Source: Schmidtea polychroa
Lineage: Eukaryota
Length of the DNA: 64,000 nucleotides
Assembly (NCBI GenBank): GCA_044892525.1
Contig: CM097888.1
Coordinates: 92,628,001-92,692,000, forward strand
Direction of reading: 5' to 3'
Shown: positions 57,550-64,000 of the stretch, piece after piece
Layout: the number at the start of each line of letters is the position of its first letter
Numbering within the stretch: the stretch's first letter is position 1
Position numbers and translations under genes: made by a program
The notes under the pieces: model-generated
Seen by the model: only the letters and a program-made list of their open reading frames with translations
Databases searched by the model: none
Told to the model about the DNA's origin: nothing

Positions 57550-59385
57550 ATATAGAATCAGCTAATAAGTTAATGATAATATGATAATAAGTCTAGATAA
57601 ACAATTCCTTCACTGCAACATCTTTATCAAAATATCCAAATCAGTCACACCAGCCGATTACAAAATAGAAAACATTAATGAAATCTATTCAATATTCAAA
57701 TTCTAATTCAAATAAATATCTGCTGCAAGTAGATCAAAATTACGCGATTAAACAAATGTCAAATTTAGGTTTTATAAATAATAAATTTTAAATTATTATT
57801 TCATTCTATGAAATTTGTGATTCACCTTGACAAATATTATTATTAGTTTTATTTAATTTAGTAAATGAAAATCTATTTGTATTAGTTTTCTTTGAAAATT
57901 CTTTGTTCCTTTTTATTTTCATTTTATTAAATATTTGTAGATTTACTTTTTGCCAATCACCTTTAATTAAACCTTTAAAATTACTAAAAAAATATTTGAG
58001 GATCACCCTGCAAACTGGTCCGACATATATTCCTGTGAAAGAATATCTCCGACAGTGTTAAGGAAAGTAAGCCCAAGTCCGCCCGGGAAGAATGTCAACA
58101 ACTGTTTGTTTATAAAACCAATCGTCCGTGACAATAATTATTATTGAATATGAATGTACTAAAATGGACTACACTTCATTAGATAAAACCAATAATATTT
58201 CAGGCAAACGTATCACTGGGAACCCTCGCTGATTGATGCTTGTATTTATTTTGATTCCTCAATTTTTGTTTTTTATTATGCACGAATGACACGAAACTCC
58301 GAGTTTAATATATAACTATGGAATAACTATGGAATAAATGGTAACACAAGAGTTTCTCAGTTAAATTGACACCAGTTTTCCATTATAAAAAGTGATGGCC
58401 TGAAGGCGTTTCCTTATTATAAGTAATATGATATTACCACATTCCACTCTATGAGAACTTTTGTTTTAAGGTTTGTAGAAAATTTTGGATACTTCTGGAA
58501 GAAGTGAATTGCTGATAGATGTTGAGCAGGGAAAACACAATGGCCAATAATCCTTCTAAAACCCAAGCATTGGATTAGTCCATAGTCTTCCAATCCCGAA
58601 TAATTATTAATTGTTTAAATAATAGCCTGACTTAGCTGACTTGATATTATTTTGGCTAAAGTGTTTAAGAAATAAGAAATCTTTTATTTTCTATGTTTGT
58701 AAAATAAACTGAACACAAAATATTTAAAATAATAAAGCAATTGATATTGAGCCACAAATGTAAACCATTTGTAACTTTAACCTCCTAACATTTTGTGAAA
58801 AAACTATCGGCACAGATGTATCTTGATATCGTCCATATCATTCATTCCCGAGATGAGCAGCAGAATTATACATAAGATATTTTCCGTGAAATCTGAAAAT
58901 ACTTTTGGAACAGGGCCAGACTCGACTTTTAAGCTAAAAACCTAAAAGAAAATTTTAATATTGGCAGCGGAAACGAAGATATGCGGTATGGACGTAGCTT
59001 TGAAGGAAAGAGTAAAAATGCTCTAATTACAAGTTACAACTGGTCTTCTGGTGATATCAGCTGTAACTTTACGTCAAATAGTATGGTTGCAGAATCCACT
59101 TTCTTTTAATCATATTACAGGTATGCCTCGTTTTATGGCGCTTCCATCATACGGTGCTAAAATATTTTTCTGCGCTTGACTCGATGTTACACCAACCATG
59201 TGCTGTACAGCTTTTAATCAAAACATTTTCCATGTGGCGTTCAGATTGAACGCATCATTCATAACACGTGCATCGCTCTCCACTTGACCACCAAATTTAA
59301 TAGTGTTACAATTGTGTTAATACGCATTTATATTACGTATACATACCTTCACTGTATACAATAATAGACATGGTCCTTAGGATTA

Positions 59386-59820
59386 GTGAAAGGAAGAGTC
59401 GTAATTGACAATAACTTTAAGAGAAGTTCGAAAGTTGGCAAAAGATTGCTGAACGGTATCACATGCTACACTGAAATTCTTCGAGAGAGAAAGAGATGCT
59501 CAATTAACCAAACGACATTAACATCTCAATTTAAGGGTCCGATGACGAGTCTCAACTATCTCCTTCAACCTTCCTTCAATGATATTAATATCGTTTTTAA
59601 AGCTAAAATATATTATTTTTATTTTATTTACCTTTAAGTATTTTATTTTTAAATTGAAACTGTTATTTTCAGCCTAGCGCCATTGCACAAATAATAAATG
59701 ATAGTGTAAACAAGTTTTAAGGTGTTTATATGTTGTAGCGAGTGAAAAAAAGCAAGAGACTCGCATTGAGGCGGTGGTCTGGAATCATACTTGCCGTATT
59801 ATCGAGGTATACATGTACTA
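59386..59820 (+). mobile_element. 3' fragment of a Tigger-type transposon
   Basis: RSSKVGKRLLNGITCYTEILRERKR...QTTLTSQF resembles the Tigger transposase C-terminus; the TIR-like CCGTATTATCGAGGTATACATGTA abuts the gap. Confidence 0.65.
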
Positions 59821-60479
59821 CNNNNNNNNNNNNNNNNNNNNNNNNNNNNNNNNNNNNNNNNNNNNNNNNNNNNNNNNNNNNNNNNNNNNNNNNNNNNNNN
59901 NNNNNNNNNNNNNNNNNNNNNNNNNNNNNNNNNNNNNNNNNNNNNNNNNNNNNNNNNNNNNNNNNNNNNNNNNNNNNNNNNNNNNNNNNNNNNNNNNNNN
60001 NNNNNNNNNNNNNNNNNNNNNNNNNNNNNNNNNNNNNNNNNNNNNNNNNNNNNNNNNNNNNNNNNNNNNNNNNNNNNNNNNNNNNNNNNNNNNNNNNNNN
60101 NNNNNNNNNNNNNNNNNNNNNNNNNNNNNNNNNNNNNNNNNNNNNNNNNNNNNNNNNNNNNNNNNTCTCCCTTTGTGCAAGATTGAAGCTGTCAAATGTT
60201 AATAGAAAAAACAATTATTATTGTTCAATGAAAACTAAAGAATAGAATACGATTGAAAACAATATAAAAATTATAAATAATAACTGATAAAATCCTAATA
60301 AAAGAAATATAAATTTCGTTTTGACACAGATTTGATTTGGATAAATTTTTGGCAGACTTCCTAATGAAATAAAATGTGAAACTAATTTATCTGGGAAAGA
60401 ACGAGGGCAGGAGGGGGGGGCGGCTAAAACAAAAAAGCTCTGACAAGATTTTTATGCAACCGTTCTTATATATTGAGTA

Positions 60480-61696
60480 GAGTAAAACCTCCATATAAAG
60501 TACACCACATTTGCAAACAATTCTTCTTCGGGAGTACTTCTTAAAGGTCGCTGTACTGATAAGAGAAATATTGAAAAATACCAAAAGTTTGATACGCCAT
60601 ATTCAATATAAATTGAGGGCCTTTATAAATGGCCAATGTCATGAAGTTTAAATTTCTAGCAAATAAATTGTCTCAGCCATGAAGAGACATAAACATTTAA
60701 TATAAAGGATACAACAATTATTTTTTAATTAAGAATTCATTAGGCAACTATAATGCGGTCCCTTCCCTGTTTACAACCTTTGCAAGAATCTCCGGTTTGT
60801 GCAAGCGCTTTATCTGGTATAGCTCTAAAAAATATCCTGTCTCGTCCATATTGAATACATTACGAGCCTCGTACCCTACTACAATTGTTCTAGTTTCATT
60901 TTCCATTATTCAACTGATATTTGGTTTATAGTTCCCGATTCTCCCAATGTTGCATCGTTTGATATTATGACGACTTCTGAACTTATCTAGCCATTCTTCT
61001 TTGGCATTAAAGTCTAATCGATCAATCCCAGGAGCATCCGATATTTTGAGGGCCTTTGTAGAATTGGCTCAGTGATATGATAATTTAACGAGTGTGAACA
61101 ACATACCACCTATATAAAGCTACATTAACCTCATTGTTTGTCGATTGTCTGGCTCTTTTTTATGAACCTCCTCCTTCAGCCATTGACATTATCTCCGACT
61201 GTTTGTCTTTCACCACTTCAACACATCCCTTAGACGCATCAAAATATTTTGCCGTTTGACTTTCACTTTTATTCCTTCGTAGATATTCTATAATCTTTAT
61301 CTTCTTCTCAAAATCCACAAACTGTCTTTTTGTTGCTCTGGTGTTGTTGCGATTTCCCATTTTCATATAGGCTCATAACAATTTAATTATGAAATAATTC
61401 CCCTAATATTAAAACAACTTAATTGCTTTTATTATTTAACCTTTGAATCATATTATAAATATATTTCACTAATAAACCTATAAATAGAATTTTCAACATT
61501 ATAACAAATATAAGATAATAAATATAATGATATTCTTTCTATTGAGTTAATTAATATTTTTTTAATTCTATAAATTAAATTTTGTACTTTAAAGCAATGT
61601 ACCCCTTAAAAGTACAAATGCGGCTCATCTTCATATTTTTTGTACATTTAAGAGGTGTAATTTTTAGTTGGCGTACTTTATAAGAAGGTCTTACTG
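60480..61696 (-). mobile_element. Internally deleted Tigger/pogo element with decayed transposase
   Basis: TA-flanked imperfect TIRs (GAGTAAAACCTCCATATAAAGTAC / GTACTTTATAAGAAGGTCTTACTG); minus strand encodes HTH-psq (KRQFVDFEKKIKII), CENP-B HTH (WLDKFRSRHNI) and VFNMDETG, with stops and frameshifts. Confidence 0.9.
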
Positions 61697-63189
61697 TATC
61701 NNNNNNNNNNNNNNNNNNNNNNNNNNNNNNNNNNNNNNNNNNNNNNNNNNNNNNNNNNNNNNNNNNNNNNNNNNNNNNNNNNNNNNNNNNNNNNNNNNNN
61801 NNNNNNNNNNNNNNNNNNNNNNNNNNNNNNNNNNNNNNNNNNNNNNNNNNNNNNNNNNNNNNNNNNNNNNNNNNNNNNNNNNNNNNNNNNNNNNNNNNNN
61901 NNNNNNNNNNNNNNNNNNNNNNNNNNNNNNNNNNNNNNNNNNNNNNNNNNNNNNNNNNNATGTGCTTATACCTCTGCTAGGATCCAGATATACATGAAAG
62001 GTATGTGGACAAGAAGCACTCATTTGTGAACCTTTTTCACCTATTTATATTAACTATGTCAATGAACATTTGCCACAAAAGATTATTTTAACATCTGTTT
62101 TATCATTGTGTCATGCTAAAATATTTCATAACATTCTTCCCGCTAAGGAATTTCCACCAAGGTCTCCAAATTTAGTGTAAATTTACCCAAATCTCTACAG
62201 CATCAGTGAGAAACGCATGTTGCATCATGAAATCACTGAAACAAATAAATTAGAATTCATATTCAATTGCGGAGAAGTTGCCAACTAAACTCGATGAAAA
62301 CACTGAATAATTCCTGGGCAACAGTTACAGATCATTGCTACACGTTCTGCCAATGATTTCCCGTGATTTCATGCGGCAACTGTTTCTGTTTCACGGATCA
62401 CTGATTTCATCCTCATCATCACCAATATCATCAGCATCATTGCCCACAATAAGCCCGATTACTGGGACTTTTAATTTCATCCTAGCGTGAAAATGATTGT
62501 AAAATTGACTTACAGGATAATACTCACATTGATGAATATTTGATATAAATGACCAGAAGCGATTCATTGCAATCGTTCGTGAGAGCTCAAATGATGCACT
62601 TGGTGAGGAAGTGTGGCTGGATTCTGTAGGAAATTGTTGAGTCATGAAGGAAACAGTTGCGATTAGCTATTTATCATTGCCGAAAACACAGATATGAGCT
62701 GGAATCGTTTCATTTTCATGTTGTTTTTCCAGTTACGAGATTCTCTACCAAACGCGCCATGAAAAGTTAAGTTCTAAATAATTACAATTAATCAAAAATA
62801 ATTTCCATTTTTATTGACTGAAAATAATTTTTGGAATTGTTTGACTGAATCGCATTTCTCACATTAACAAATGAGGGACGGACACGTCATTTCAATTAAT
62901 GTGCTAACTGTTCATTCGACGCACACATACACGTTAGTGGCATGCAGTCAGAAATGGATGTATATCCTTTAACTTACAACTACAAACTCAATCTCACAAT
63001 TATGCCTTATTCAAACGCCTGAGAGTGACACAAAAATTATTTGCTTATAGAATATTCAATTTGGAAATGTAATAAATACCACATATTGGCGAGTATTTCA
63101 ATGTGACAAATAGTAACGCAGTGCGCCTTATGATACGAAATGGTGATAGTAATCTGTATATTGGTAACTACTAAAGAAAATAATACGAG

Positions 63190-63945
63190 GCAGAGAAGGG
63201 CTATAAATCTTATGGGGCCCTTTTGTAATTTCTTTTAACAAAAAGTGGATTTGTTTCCTGCTGTTATATAGTTAAAATAATAGTTTAATTTCGACAATAA
63301 TATTACATTTATTCATGTATAAAATATATAAACATGAACTACAATTATATTAATTTAGAAACATTTTCTTCTAGAATTTTTCTCTGCAAAATCTTCAACA
63401 ATGGAATCAAAATCCATTTCGTGAAGGAGTTCAGATTCTATAGCCATTGATGATAAGGCATTAAGTCGGTCTTGCCCAGTGCAGCTTCTTATATGACTTT
63501 TATCACGATATAATGTTGAAAATGATCTTTCATCTCACAGTTGGTCACAGGGATAGTAAAATATATTCTTAAAAAGATTCTAACATTTCAAGATGTTCCC
63601 AACATAACGTACTTATCCAGGTGGGTCATTAAGTCTACAACTTTAACATCATCTTCTGTCTTTATTGTAGAAGAAAACTGCAAAAATTCGTCTACGAGTT
63701 CCCTTTCTAAATCACTAGGGTATGCATCAACTAGATAAATACAGTTGTCTCAATTCTGCCACTTAGTTCCCTGAAATCTGTTAAATATACGAAAAGATAT
63801 TTTAATTTCAAATGTGCAAGTTGTCATTTACCTTGTTCAGCAGCCAAGGAAACGACCATTTTTTGTAATAATAATACAAAATTTCGGTCACCGCCAGTCG
63901 GGCTCTAGGCTTCAGCCTTGACAGCCTGAGGGTAAATCCAGACCT
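63190..63945 (-). mobile_element. Non-autonomous hAT element retaining only the transposase C-terminus
   Basis: Flanking direct repeat AATACGAG (63182-63189, 63946-63953); minus strand reads YPSDLE..VDEF...RIFLRIYFTIPVTNCE.RSFS.L...RSCTGQDRLNALSSMAIES...DFD.IV.DFAEKNSR. Confidence 0.85.
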
Positions 63946-64000
63946 AATACGAGAGATGATTACATACACTAATTCCTTCTCTAAATACCGTAACGAATAT

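Noticed and set aside
62150-62760. Possible minus-strand gene with a 44-nt GT-AG intron near 62487-62530
   Set aside because: Frames around the putative intron contain stops and there is no recognisable protein similarity.

Overview
AT-rich invertebrate (metazoan) genomic scaffold with 12 N-gaps; the species cannot be determined from the sequence. Host genes: an intronless LRR-like type I membrane protein (3281-4210 +), RPL27A (5577-6144 +), POLD2 (7353-10024 +) and a multi-exon myosin VIIa (57549->11879, -). The myosin introns are either tiny (about 42-55 nt) or swollen by transposons and tandem repeats. The outstanding object is a roughly 15.2 kb Ty3/Gypsy LTR retroelement (about 25573-40819, +, antisense inside myosin VIIa) with apparently identical 1.15 kb LTRs and a tRNA-Trp PBS. 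It encodes what looks like one polyprotein of about 3,400 aa, ordered Gag(3 zinc knuckles) - 2x[helical-UBL-SIM-like] - AT-hook - Bcl-2/Bax-like domain - internal signal peptide - chuvirus/gB-type envelope glycoprotein - protease - dUTPase-like - RT - RNase H - integrase - second signal peptide - FN3-like ectodomain - TM - PDZ-binding tail (ETEV). A separate 3' ORF carries a catalytically degenerate REXO4/ISG20-like DEDDh exonuclease fold. This is an enveloped retroelement with env placed between gag and pol, plus a DNA-virus-like set of candidate host-modulating cargo domains. Also present: an RT-deleted Gypsy, two Penelope-like copies (one with inverted pseudo-LTRs), hAT, Tigger/pogo and Chapaev3-like remnants, and several minisatellites. 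All domain calls were made by eye from motif recall, not by HMM or structure search.
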